Assembly: GCA_963796275.1 (NCBI GenBank)
Contig: CAWCKY010000006.1
Span: 1 to 64,000 of the forward strand
DNA: 64,000 bases
Origin: an uncultured Acidobacteriota bacterium
GTDB lineage: Bacteria; Acidobacteriota; Blastocatellia; RBC074
Reading direction: 5' to 3'
The stretch's first letter is position 1. Every line of letters starts with the position of its first letter. Under the pieces are notes generated by a model, which saw only the letters and a program-made list of their open reading frames with translations, was not told the origin of the DNA and did not search any database. Position numbers and translations under genes: made by a program. This document shows positions 41,266 to 51,531 of the stretch, piece after piece.

Positions 41266-42651
41266 ATGGATCATCATAATCTTTATCCCTGCGGCAAAGT
41301 TTCGCGCCGCCATATGCTGCATCAGTCGATGGGCGCTCTTATGGGCGCCTCCATAGGCGCTCTTTGGGCCGAGGATGGAAAACTCGACGCGCGTTTGCCC
41401 GGCGATAAAAAGGCAGACGCTGTCATTTTTCTATTTATGTGCGGCGGGGTCAGCCACATCGACACCTTCGACCCCAAGGGCAATAAATACGCCGGCAAAT
41501 TGATCGACGCCATCGGTTTCGGCGACAACGTGGCGGAGATGAAGCGCCCAGTCATCCGTTGCTTGCGCACATTCAAGAATTATGGCCAATCCGGCACGCC
41601 TGTCTCCGATTGGTTCCCACACGTCGGCGGCGTCATTGACGAGATCGCGGTCGTTCGGTCCATGTGGTGCCACGAAGGCAATCACTTCCCAGCCGTCATC
41701 GAAACGCAGACCGGTCATCGCGGACGCGCCTTCGACAATCCGTCCTTCGGCAGTTGGATTTCATACGCGCTCGGCTCCGGCAATAAGAATCTGCCGACCT
41801 ACATAAATATCGGCCGTCCCTCTTCGCCTGTTCAATTGACGGGCGGTTATCTGGGCGCGGCCTACGCGGCTACTCCGTTTCAAGCAGGCCCAGTGCCCAT
41901 TCCGAACCTGAACCCGCCGGCCAGCAGCAACGCCGCCGAACGCGACCGGCAGATGGAAACGCTTGCCCAACTGAACCGCGAATTCCGCGAGCGGCACGCG
42001 CTCAACACAGACATCGCCGCACGGATTGACTCTTATGAGTTGGCGGCCCGCATGCAACTCAGCGCGCCCGGCGTCGTAGACCTTTCGCAGGAGCCGAAGC
42101 ATGTCCTGGATCTCTACGGCATCGGCGAGAAGCCAACCGACGATTTCGGCCGTCAATTGTTAATGGCCCGGCGACTGGTCGAGAACGGCGTTCGCTTCGT
42201 TCAGCTCTGCCACGCAGGCGGCGGCAATGGAAGCTGGGATGCCCACGGCGATATGAAGACTCATGAGCCTTTATGCAGAGCCGTCGACAAGCCGATCGCC
42301 GGTTTGATTCAGGATCTGAAGCAGCGCGGTATGCTGAAGCGCACATTGGTAGTCTTTACGAGCGAGTTCGGCCGCAGCCCGTGGTCACAAAATACGACCG
42401 GCCGCGACCACAATCCGAAAGGCTACAGTTCCTGGTTTGCCGGCGGCGGAATCAAGGGCGGCACGGTCCACGGAGCGACGGACGAGTATGGCTACAAAGC
42501 TGTGGAAGACCCGCACTATTACAGCGACCTTCATGCGACGATCTTGAAGCTGATGGGCCTGGATCATAAGAAGATGAAGGTCCGAGCTCTAGGACGCACT
42601 TTCCATTTAGTGGAAGAAGGCCACGGACCGATTGAACAGATTATCGCCTAG
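41266..42651 (+). CDS. DUF1501 domain protein
   Basis: IFLFMCGGVSHIDTFDPK, ARRLVENGVRFV, WDAH, SEFGR, GRDHN. Confidence 0.93.
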   Translation: MDHHNLYPCGKVSRRHMLHQSMGALMGASIGALWAEDGKLDARLPGDKKADAVIFLFMCGGVSHIDTFDPKGNKYAGKLIDAIGFGDNVAEMKRPVIRCLRTFKNYGQSGTPVSDWFPHVGGVIDEIAVVRSMWCHEGNHFPAVIETQTGHRGRAFDNPSFGSWISYALGSGNKNLPTYINIGRPSSPVQLTGGYLGAAYAATPFQAGPVPIPNLNPPASSNAAERDRQMETLAQLNREFRERHALNTDIAARIDSYELAARMQLSAPGVVDLSQEPKHVLDLYGIGEKPTDDFGRQLLMARRLVENGVRFVQLCHAGGGNGSWDAHGDMKTHEPLCRAVDKPIAGLIQDLKQRGMLKRTLVVFTSEFGRSPWSQNTTGRDHNPKGYSSWFAGGGIKGGTVHGATDEYGYKAVEDPHYYSDLHATILKLMGLDHKKMKVRALGRTFHLVEEGHGPIEQIIA

Positions 42652-43885
42652 ATCTGGCGGACTCCAGGTTTTGCCGGAATGTCGCGTCGTCCGGCGCGAG
42701 CTTTACCGCCTTCTCAAAAGCCGCAATCGCGGCCTGGCGCTCGCCTTGCTCAATCAACACCTCGCCTAATGCGTTGAATACGGGCGCCTCCGTCGACTGT
42801 AGTTTGGCGGCCGTTTCCAGGCTCGCCCTGGCATCGGTCAGTCGGTTCGCGCTCCGCTCCACTAAGCCCAGTAGATAGTGGTAAAGCCAGGTCGAGGTGC
42901 TGATGCTGATGGCTGCTTGTACATATTCCCGCGCGGCGTCGTAGCGTCGCAAGTCAAAATTCAATCCCGCCAGGCGGAAGAGCAGGGTGGCGTCGCCCGG
43001 TTTCGCCTCTCTCGCCAACTCCAGGCGCGCGGCGGCGTTCTCCAGGTCGCCCGCTTGCAACAGCGCGCGCGCTTCGTCGATCCAGGCCGCCGCCTTGCGC
43101 TGCAATTCCTCGTCGGCATTTTGTTTTTTCGCCAACTCGGAAAACCTCGCTAAAGCCGCCTTGCGCTCCGGCGCCTTGCCAAGCCCGCCCCACGCCCGCG
43201 CGAGTTGATAGAAGACACGTGGATCATTGACGCCGCCCAGCTTCGACGCCCGTTCCAACTCCGTCCGCGCTTCTTCAAATTGACCCAAACGATTGAGCGT
43301 GGAGCCCAGCAGTAAGTGCCCTTCATAAGCTTGCGGCCGCAATTGCACAGCTTTACGTAACAGCGGCATCGCTGCCTTATCATCGCCGGCCCGCGACAGC
43401 AGATTGCCCAGGCCGGCCAGGGCGGGGAAGTAATCCGCCTGTAATTCCAACGCCCGCCGAAACTCCGTCTCCGCGCCTTTGTGATCGCCCTTGGTTGCAT
43501 AAACCGCCCCCAAATCCGCGTGGACTTCGGCGGATTGCGGGGTCACCGTCGCCAGCGTTTCCAGCAACGGCAAAGCCTTGCGGTGCTCGTCATTCCGCAG
43601 GTACAGATTAGCGGCCGCGCGCAAGGCCAGGACGTTTTTCGGCTCGATCTCCAACGCCTGTAGGAGCGCCGTGAGCGCCTCGCCATCATTGCCGCGTTCG
43701 GCGTAAATGTCAGCGATCGCCAGATACGCCTGCGCCATCTTCGGGTCGCACTGCGCCGCCGTGCGAAAAGCGACGAGAGCCTTGTTCAGGTCTTTCCGTT
43801 GATATTCTTGTAGCCCGGCGGCGAAATGCTTCCCGCAATCCGGAGCCGTTTGGACTAAAGCAAAAGCCAATAACCAGGCGTTCAT
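42641..43885 (-). CDS. Tetratricopeptide repeat protein, secreted
   Basis: Multiple TPR helix pairs; signal-like N-terminus MNAWLLAFAL. Confidence 0.85.
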   Translation of the reverse strand: MNAWLLAFALVQTAPDCGKHFAAGLQEYQRKDLNKALVAFRTAAQCDPKMAQAYLAIADIYAERGNDGEALTALLQALEIEPKNVLALRAAANLYLRNDEHRKALPLLETLATVTPQSAEVHADLGAVYATKGDHKGAETEFRRALELQADYFPALAGLGNLLSRAGDDKAAMPLLRKAVQLRPQAYEGHLLLGSTLNRLGQFEEARTELERASKLGGVNDPRVFYQLARAWGGLGKAPERKAALARFSELAKKQNADEELQRKAAAWIDEARALLQAGDLENAAARLELAREAKPGDATLLFRLAGLNFDLRRYDAAREYVQAAISISTSTWLYHYLLGLVERSANRLTDARASLETAAKLQSTEAPVFNALGEVLIEQGERQAAIAAFEKAVKLAPDDATFRQNLESARSRR

Positions 43886-45541
43886 TTGGTGTACGGCGCG
43901 CTGTCGGTCACGCCCCTCCCTTCTGTGATGGTGACGATCTGTCCGGCCCGCATCGCGCCGACCTTCTCCAATCTTCCCCCCGGCCATTGAACTTCCACCG
44001 CGTCGGCTGTGCTCGCCTCGCCCAGCCCAAACTGTAAACGAAAATCGCTCTGTGACATAAATGTCGAGCCGGACCGCACCTCTCCCGTCAGCGTTCGATC
44101 GCCTATCCTCACGCGCGCCACGGCGCCAATGCCGCTTCGGTTCGTCTTTTGCCCCACCAGCTTCAGAGTGATCGACTTACCGGCTCTCAAGCGTGTTGCG
44201 CAGCAAGCTCAAGCGTTCATTCATGTTGCTAATCAATAGGTCGGGTCGCCCGTCATTGTCGTAATCACCCACCGCCAGGCCGCGCCCCGCATTTTTCTCC
44301 ATCACTGCCGCGCCCGCTTCGGCCGACACATCGCTGAACTTCCCCTCGCCGCCATTGCGATATAGTAGACGCCGCTGGCGATATTCGCTCGACTTCAAGT
44401 TCGGATACACATGGCCATTCACCATGAAAATGTCCGGCGATCCATCGTTATCGTAATCAACAAAGGCCACGCCCCAGCCCAGAAACTGTGTGTACTTGCC
44501 CAGACCCGCCTGCGCCGTGCTTTCTGAAAAAATCCCATCGCGATTGTTGCGATAGAGGTTTGGCATGTCGTCAATGAAGTTCGTCTTCACCAGGTCCGGC
44601 CAGCCGTCGCCGTCGTAATCCGCGGTCGCCGTACCCATGCCGGCCTGAGCGCGACCGTCTTCGCTTAGCGCGACTCCGCTTTCCAGCCCCGTCTCTTCAA
44701 ACGTCCCGTCGCGTTTGTTGTGATAGAGCAGACTCGCCTGCGAATCCACCGCCACATAGATGTCGGCCCAACCGTCGCGGTCATAGTCGAGCGTGGTCAC
44801 CGAAAGTCCGTAGCGCGGCGTGGGCGTCTCGATGCCGGCCGTCTTCGACACATCCAGAAAGCGAACCTTCCCAGGGGTTGACTCATTATGCCAAAGCCGA
44901 TTCAGCCCCGGCTTCAACCCTTGCGGACCGCATATCACGTTCTCGTCCTTCCAGCGGCAAGGCCTCGGCCCATCCGGGCGCGATGTATTTTTCAAATCGA
45001 AGTCCACATAATTCGCGACCATCAGATCCAGCTTGCCATCGCGGTCATAATCGACGAACGCGCAGCCCGTGCCCCAGCGCGACCCCATGTCGGGCGGCGT
45101 CACATCCTCAAACGTCCCATCGCCGCGGTTGCGATACATCACATCCGCGCCCCAGTAAGTGACGTAGATGTCCACGAATCCGTCGTTATCAATGTCGCCC
45201 GTGCAAACGCCTTGTCCCCAGCCGGCCCTGGCCACACCGGCCTTCTTGCTGACGTCCTCAAACGTGCGGTCACCCTTGTTGCGATAGAGGCGATTGATGG
45301 GCTCTGCGCCCGGGGGGAAGCCATCCAGCTTCGACGCAGTCACAGCGAAAATATCCAAGAGGCCATCGTTATCGAAATCTAGAAAGGCCACGCCCGTACC
45401 CAGCATCTCGACAATGTAATTCTTCTGACGCTCCTCCCCACAAACGAATACATCCTTCAAGCCCGCGCGCAACGCCTCATCCACGAAAAATGGCTCGGCG
45501 GCCGCCCAAGCCGCCAGTGCGATCAAGAACAACATCCTCAT
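43882..45541 (-). CDS. CRTAC1-family FG-GAP/ASPIC-UnbV protein; frameshift near 44190
   Basis: Repeated DxDxDGxxD motifs; C-terminal NRSGIGA..SQS..FGLG..WPGG. Confidence 0.9.
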
Positions 45542-45544
45542 TGC

Positions 45545-45685
45545 GTCGCTTCCTTCACTTTCAAAAGTCTCGTCATATCTATTGCGGAAGAGTTGCCGCG
45601 GAAAGCTATCATCCGCCACGATAATATCCGGCCGGTCATTGCGATCCACATCCTGAAACGCGGCGCCCCAAGCCCTTGCATGGAG
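45545..45685 (-). pseudogene. Fragment of a second FG-GAP protein, cut by IS6
   Basis: QGLGA..DRNDRPDIIVADDSFPRQLFRN. Confidence 0.5.
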
Positions 45686-46110
45686 GGTTCTGTTGTAAAT
45701 AAACCAGACATCCGGTCCTCAATGCTGGTAGAGGGGCCCAATTCCATTATCACTGGGGGCTGCTCTGACCAAATCCAATCCGTTCAAATGGCGACACTAC
45801 CAATCCGAGATCATCCTCCTCTGCACACTGGTATCTGCGTTATGCTCTCAGCTATCGCGATCTCGAAGAGGTGATGAATGAACGTGGCCTCTCGCTCGAT
45901 CACACGACGATCTACCGATGAGTTCAGGCTTATCCAGAGTTAGAGAAAAGAATTTGTCCTCACTTGAGACTGACGAACAACTCCTACCGTTGATGAGACC
46001 TACGTCAAAATCAAGGTGAGTGGAAGTATCTTACCCATGACGCCGATTCTTACGCAATGGACCATTTGGTACTTGCTGCTGAGAGCTATCTTCGTTAAGC
46101 CTCTGCACCG
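45686..46110 (+). mobile_element. IS6-family remnant (left IR and decayed transposase 5' half)
   Basis: GGTTCTGTTGTAAA end; FKWRHYQSEII..WYLRYALSYRDLEE..ERG..DHTTIYR..DETYVK across frames. Confidence 0.85.
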
Positions 46111-46505
46111 CCACGCATTGATTTTGGAAGATTAACGGAACTTTAGATAATCGCACTTACGCCATATAATGCATTAGTGCGAATCGTTTTCGAACCAGGC
46201 ATTGTGCGGCGCCTGGGCTTATCGCCTCCGGGGCCGGCGAAGAGTCTATCTTCCACCGCCGATCTCGAACGACCGGCTGAGTGTGATGGGCCACTGACAC
46301 CGCACCTTCCAGTGGGGGAATTTCGCGGGAGCGGACCGGCCACAATTCATTGAATGGCGAAGAGCGAAATCCCAATTTATTGTGGTCGCTGCTGCCGATT
46401 TACAATTTTTCCGCTCATTTCAAATTCTTCGCTGCTGTAACCATGTCGGTAGCCATCGCACGGCGGAGAAGTTTGTAAATTGTCGGCCAATAGTGAATCT
46501 GTCGC

Positions 46506-47135
46506 ATGTCCAAGGAACCCACACATAAGCAGCCGGAAACACTCGGCGACGTGCTCTATGCCAAGTCCAAGGCTCCCGTGCCGGAGCAGGACTGGGCGAC
46601 GCTCGTCCAAGCGATTGCCGCGGGCGACCAGCTTGCGCTGCATGCGCTCTACGAGATGGCTCACCGTATCGTCTTCACTTTGATTATGCGAATCACGGCC
46701 AACCGGGAAACCGCTGAAGAGCTCACCATCGACGTCTTCCATGACATCTGGCGGCGCGCGTCGGGTTACGACGCCGCGAACGGCACAGTGCTCGGCTGGA
46801 TCATGAACCAGGCGCGCTCGCGGGCTATCGACCGCCGGCGTTTCGAGAGCCGAAAGAAGCGCAGCCAAGGTGACGATGCGCCGCCGGTTGCCGACGTGGC
46901 TCCCGATCCCCACGAAGTGCTCGAACTGCGCGAGCAGGGTGAGTCGTTGCGCGTCGCATTGGCGGCGCTTACGCCGGACGAGCGCCAGGCGATCGAAACG
47001 ACGTTCTTCGGCGGCCTCACGCATGCCGAAGCCGCGGCGCGTCTCAATCAGCCGCTCGGCACCATCAAGACGCGCATTCGTTCAGGACTGCACAAACTGC
47101 GGCGCATGCTGACCGCAGAAGCGAGGAAGCCATGA
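46506..47135 (+). CDS. ECF RNA polymerase sigma factor (SigK-like)
   Basis: GDQLALHALY, AEEL..DVF..IW, WIMNQARSRAIDR, PLGTIKTRIRSGL. Confidence 0.92.
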   Translation: MSKEPTHKQPETLGDVLYAKSKAPVPEQDWATLVQAIAAGDQLALHALYEMAHRIVFTLIMRITANRETAEELTIDVFHDIWRRASGYDAANGTVLGWIMNQARSRAIDRRRFESRKKRSQGDDAPPVADVAPDPHEVLELREQGESLRVALAALTPDERQAIETTFFGGLTHAEAAARLNQPLGTIKTRIRSGLHKLRRMLTAEARKP

Positions 47136-47710
47136 GTACGTTCCATAGAAATCGCTGCAAGCAGAGCAAGGCGACATGCGCCTACGCCCTAGAGGTTCTG
47201 CCTGAGAGCGAGGTTACCGCGATCCAGACGCATATCGCCTCGTGTGCGGATTGCCGGCGCGAGTTGGAAAGCCTCCGCCCGGTGATCAATCGATTCGTCT
47301 CCTGGCCCACCGATGTGCTGCGTCCGACTACATCGCTGCAGACGCGCCTTGCGCTTCGCATCGCCGAGGAGACCGGCAAGCAACCAGTGCCGCCGCCGGC
47401 GCGGCGGTGGTCCGAACCGGAATGGGAACAGGTCGCGCCCGGGATCGAATGCAAGCTGCTCGCGACCGACAATGAAAGGCGCCGGGTCAGCATGCTGGTA
47501 CGCCTTGCGCCTGGCGCGAGTTACCCTGCGCATACTCATGCCGGCGTAGAAGCACTGCATCTGCTCGACGGTGAGCTGTGGATCGATGAGCGCAAGCTCT
47601 TCCCGGGCGGCTACAACTACGGCGCGCCTGGAACGGGTGACGAGCGCGTCTGGAGCGAGACCGGCTGCACCTGCGTTCTCATCACCAGCACCGAAGATAT
47701 CCTCCGCTGA
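47132..47710 (+). CDS. Anti-sigma factor, zf-HC2 plus ChrR-like cupin (copy 1)
   Basis: HIASCADC; RLAPGASYPAHTHAGVE; overlaps the sigma stop codon (ATGA). Confidence 0.88.
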   Translation: MSTFHRNRCKQSKATCAYALEVLPESEVTAIQTHIASCADCRRELESLRPVINRFVSWPTDVLRPTTSLQTRLALRIAEETGKQPVPPPARRWSEPEWEQVAPGIECKLLATDNERRRVSMLVRLAPGASYPAHTHAGVEALHLLDGELWIDERKLFPGGYNYGAPGTGDERVWSETGCTCVLITSTEDILR

Positions 47711-47896
47711 AGCGCCTCGGGCGCATGATGCGCCCAGATGGCGACCACCCGTGCGCGCCGGTCGTCGGTGTTTACGCCCACCTGTAGGAAGTAGTTTGGC
47801 GCCCTCGAGATCAAGAACGCCGCCGGAACGGCTGAAGGGCGCCATTTCGCCCGTCACTACCTCGAACCAATCCAAAAGCTCGCGTTTGACGTTTTT

Positions 47897-48154
47897 ATGG
47901 GTATGCAAGGCTCGCATTCCCCCGACATCGGAAAATTGCTGCAGGCCGCCGCCGAATTTGTGAGCGGCGCCAAGCAGTTAGCCGTGCGCCTAGGCATCGC
48001 CAAGTCGTTGCTGGGTAAGCTCATGGCCGTTCGCTATCACATGACCGCCACCCTGCCTCACCAAGCCGTGGACATCGTGCTCGCCAATCGCCAGCCGCTA
48101 ATCCCGCTTGCCGCCACTTGGACGTCCGGTGTTGTAGGAGATTCAAGCCAATGA
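47897..48154 (+). CDS. Small hypothetical protein, possibly HTH-like
   Basis: SGAKQLAVRLGIAKSLLGKLM; stop overlaps the next start. Confidence 0.4.
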   Translation: MGMQGSHSPDIGKLLQAAAEFVSGAKQLAVRLGIAKSLLGKLMAVRYHMTATLPHQAVDIVLANRQPLIPLAATWTSGVVGDSSQ

Positions 48155-48726
48155 CCCCAAATCAGAACCATTGCAAAAAAGCAGAGTTGGCGTGCGCCTA
48201 CGCCCTAGAGGTTCTGCCTGAGAGCGAGGTTGCCGCGATCCAGACGCATATCGCCTCGTGTGCGGATTGCCGGCGCGAGTTGGAAAGCCTCCGCCCGGTG
48301 ATCAATCGGTTCGTCTCCTGGCCCACCGATGTGCTGCGTCCGACTACATCGCTGCAGACGCGCCTTGCGCTTCGCATCGCCGAGGAGACCGGCAAGCAAC
48401 CAGTGCCGCCGCCGGCGCGGCGGTGGTCCGAACCGGAATGGGAACAGGTCGCGCCCGGGATCGAATGCAAGCTGCTCGCGACCGACAATGAAAGGCGCCG
48501 GGTCAGCATGCTGGTACGCCTTGCGCCCGGCGCGAGTTACCCTGCGCATACTCATGCCGGCGTAGAAGCACTGCATCTGCTCGACGGTGAGCTGTGGATC
48601 GATGAGCGCAAGCTCTTCCCGGGCGGCTACAACTACGGCGCGCCTGGAACGGGTGACGAGCGCGTCTGGAGCGAGACCGGCTGCACCTGCGTTCTCATCA
48701 CCAGCACTGAAGATATCCTCCGCTGA
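48151..48726 (+). CDS. Anti-sigma factor, zf-HC2 plus ChrR-like cupin (copy 2, different N-terminus)
   Basis: Near-identical to 47132-47710 after residue ~15; AGGAGA RBS. Confidence 0.88.
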   Translation: MTPNQNHCKKAELACAYALEVLPESEVAAIQTHIASCADCRRELESLRPVINRFVSWPTDVLRPTTSLQTRLALRIAEETGKQPVPPPARRWSEPEWEQVAPGIECKLLATDNERRRVSMLVRLAPGASYPAHTHAGVEALHLLDGELWIDERKLFPGGYNYGAPGTGDERVWSETGCTCVLITSTEDILR

Positions 48727-48885
48727 AGCGTTGCCGCCACTTGGACGTCCGGTGTTGTAGGAGATTCAAGACAATGACCCCAAATCAGAACCATTGCGAA
48801 AAGGCCGGGAGAGATCGCTTGTCTCGCCGGAAGAGTGGGAAGGACTGACGGTAAGATACCTTATCCATCTGAACGAGAGGGCAGT

Positions 48886-50790
48886 ATGAAGGACGATTCC
48901 GTAATGATGAAGCAAGCGCCGGACGCGCTGATTGACGACGAATGTCCGATGGCCATCGCACCTAAAGAGAACCGTGTTATGCGCGGGGAAGCCGTGGCCG
49001 AACGGCCGGATGGCATGCGCATTTGGTTTGAACCTTATCCGATGCCGTTGCGCGACGGCGAAGGCCGGATGGTCGGGGGCATCAATATGCTCCATGACGT
49101 CACCGAGCGCAAGCGGGCGGAAGCGGGGTTGCGCCATCACTCCGAACAGTACGAAACGCTACTCAATCAGGCGCCTCTAGGCGTGTATCTGGTAGACGCG
49201 GACTTTCGGATTCGAGAAGTCAATCTTGTCGCGCTCCCCGTCTTCGGCGACATCCCCGAACTGATCGACCGGGACTTCGACGAGGTGATTCACACCCTGT
49301 GGACGAAAGAATATGCGGATGAAATCGTGCGCATCTTCCGAAACACGCTGGAGACGGGCGAACCGTACTATACGCAGGAGCGCGCTGAGTTCCGCGTTGA
49401 TCGCGGGGTCGTCGAATATTACGAATGGCGGCTCGACCGCATAACGCTGCCTGACGGCCGCCACGGCGTGGTCTGCTATTTCCGCGACATCTCCGCCCAG
49501 GTCCAGGCGCGCGAGAAGATCAGGGAGAGCGAGGAGCGTTACCGCGAGCTCGCGGGCGAAAACCAGCGACTCTACGAACAGGAGCAGCGGGCGCGCGAGG
49601 CGGCGGAAAGCGCCACGCGCGCGAAAGACGAATTCATCTGGCTCGTCTCGCACGAGTTGCGCTCGCCGCTCATCTCGGTTCTCAGCTATAGCCAGATGCT
49701 TCGCTCGAACCCAGATGGCACGGAGCAGGTCAGGCAGACCTGCGAGATCATCGAACGCAATGCGCGGACGCAGTTACAACTTATCGAAGACCTGCTCGAT
49801 ACTGCTCGCATCGTCCAGGGCAAGTTGTGGATCGAGAAGCGTCCGACCGACATCATTCCTCTGCTCGCCGAAGCGCTCAATGTGGCGCGTCCGATGGCTG
49901 AAGCTAAAAGCATCGAACTGCGCGCGAGCTACGGCGAGACGCCAGGAATGGTAGGCGGTGACTCGATCCGACTGCAGCAGGTGATTGGGAATCTCCTCTC
50001 GAACGCGATCAAGTTCACGCCTGAAGGAGGGCGGGTCGAGTTATGGTTGGAACGCAGCGGCGAAGAGCTTTGCATCGTGGTCAGCGATACGGGCGTGGGC
50101 ATCGATCCAACGGTTCTGCCATACATCTTCGACCGTTTCAGCCAGAACGATTCCTCGAGTTCGAAGCGGCATGGAGGCCTCGGACTTGGCCTCGCGCTGG
50201 CGAAGCATCTGGTCGAGCTGCACGGCGGCACGATCGAGGCCGCAAGCGAAGGTAAAGGGTGTGGCTCGACCTTCACTGTCAAGCTCCCGCTGGCGGCGCA
50301 GAACGGATTGTTGAGGATAGAACCGCCCGCCCTATTTACTGAAGGGAAAATCCAATTGTCCGGTGAAGGAACGATCGAAGGCGTAAGCGTGCTGGCGGTG
50401 GATGATGAGGAAGATGCGCTCGTACTGCTCGGCAAGCTTCTGAGTCAATACGGTGCAGTCGTGACAACGGTCTCTTCCGGCGCCGAGGCGCTGTCGATTC
50501 TGGATGACCAGCCGGACAGCCAACGGCCCGATGTGTTCATATGTGACATTATCATGCCGAAGGAAGATGGTTACACAGTGATGAAACGTGTCAGGAGGCT
50601 CGAGGCAGAGCGGCGAGTCAAGATGTCGCAGCGGATGCGGGCGATAGCTCTCACGTCAATGGCGAGTAGGGATGATTGGGTGCGCGCGCTTAGCGCAGGA
50701 TTCAACATGCACATCGCCAAGCCGGTTGAGCCTACCGAACTGGTGATGATGATTGCCAGCCTCGTCGGAGAGCGGACTAAAAGCGCATAG
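48886..50790 (+). CDS. PAS-domain hybrid sensor histidine kinase/receiver
   Basis: PAS/PAC; SHELRSPL; NLLSNAIKF; DTGVG; GGLGLGL; C-terminal receiver VDDE..DIIMP..AKP. Confidence 0.92.
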   Translation: MKDDSVMMKQAPDALIDDECPMAIAPKENRVMRGEAVAERPDGMRIWFEPYPMPLRDGEGRMVGGINMLHDVTERKRAEAGLRHHSEQYETLLNQAPLGVYLVDADFRIREVNLVALPVFGDIPELIDRDFDEVIHTLWTKEYADEIVRIFRNTLETGEPYYTQERAEFRVDRGVVEYYEWRLDRITLPDGRHGVVCYFRDISAQVQAREKIRESEERYRELAGENQRLYEQEQRAREAAESATRAKDEFIWLVSHELRSPLISVLSYSQMLRSNPDGTEQVRQTCEIIERNARTQLQLIEDLLDTARIVQGKLWIEKRPTDIIPLLAEALNVARPMAEAKSIELRASYGETPGMVGGDSIRLQQVIGNLLSNAIKFTPEGGRVELWLERSGEELCIVVSDTGVGIDPTVLPYIFDRFSQNDSSSSKRHGGLGLGLALAKHLVELHGGTIEAASEGKGCGSTFTVKLPLAAQNGLLRIEPPALFTEGKIQLSGEGTIEGVSVLAVDDEEDALVLLGKLLSQYGAVVTTVSSGAEALSILDDQPDSQRPDVFICDIIMPKEDGYTVMKRVRRLEAERRVKMSQRMRAIALTSMASRDDWVRALSAGFNMHIAKPVEPTELVMMIASLVGERTKSA

Positions 50791-50859
50791 CACGATTGCT
50801 CGGATGATTATCGTGAGGCTGCGTTTTGGTAATCATCCTAAACGCGCTCGGTAATAGCA

Positions 50860-51522
50860 TAACCAGCACAAGCCAATCGGGGTCTGCAGGTAAGCGGAGC
50901 GACCGCAGCAAGACTGCATTCACAACGCTAAAGATCGCGCATGATTCGCGCCGATCCCCAGTGCCAACGTGAGCACTATCGAACGCAAGGTGAAGCCGAG
51001 GGATTTTTTCTCAGCATCCGCACGCATAAACCTCGGATTGAGGAATAGCCTCATCGTACAAAAGCGTCTCGTATTCGACCTAATTCCACGCCAGTTTTCC
51101 CGCGATACGTTTGAAATAACCTCCTGTCAGCAATGTGACGTTTCCGAATTGACGCCGCGCAGGCTGAGCGGTCCGAATTCTCCGCTTCTCTAATCTTTGG
51201 TCATCCCCTGGCTGAACATATCGCTCCTGGTCAATTCGAGATGAGCCTGCAGCGCTGCGCGAGGGAGGCGGGGATCGGCAAGATTCACCTGCACCAGACA
51301 CCACACCTTCGCATGGATAGTGTCTAAGCGCGCGGGATCCCTCAGCGAGACCCAGGACGCACTCGGGTATCATCACGAATCCCGCTCGGCTTTACGTCGA
51401 GAGCATCGCGGTCAAAACTGACAAGTACAGTCAACACATCCTCGAAGCCTTCGATCTCCGAACTTCAAAATCGATTTCTCTTGGGAGTCTACGCCGACAA
51501 GTGCGCGCAAATAGTAAATCAT
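50860..51522 (-). pseudogene. 5' remnant of a third ADOP permease, heavily indel-ridden
   Basis: Pieces RQFGNVTLL and [11 protein letters not shown] separated by many small insertions. Confidence 0.55.
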
Positions 51523-51531
51523 CTCTAACTC

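Larger units (their letters stand above)
47177..48797 (+). repeat. Direct repeats: 538 bp (47177-47714 / 48193-48730) and 67 bp (48108-48174 / 48731-48797)
   Basis: By eye, 4 substitutions in the long repeat and 1 in the short one. Confidence 0.92.

Noticed and set aside
2748-45541. Programmed frameshifting or recoding as the explanation for split genes
   Set aside because: Breaks occur in unrelated gene families with no shared slippery motif; sequencing error or decay is simpler
47177-48730. Diversity-generating retroelement TR/VR pair
   Set aside because: No reverse transcriptase in the window; the repeat covers nearly a whole gene and the few differences are not confined to adenines
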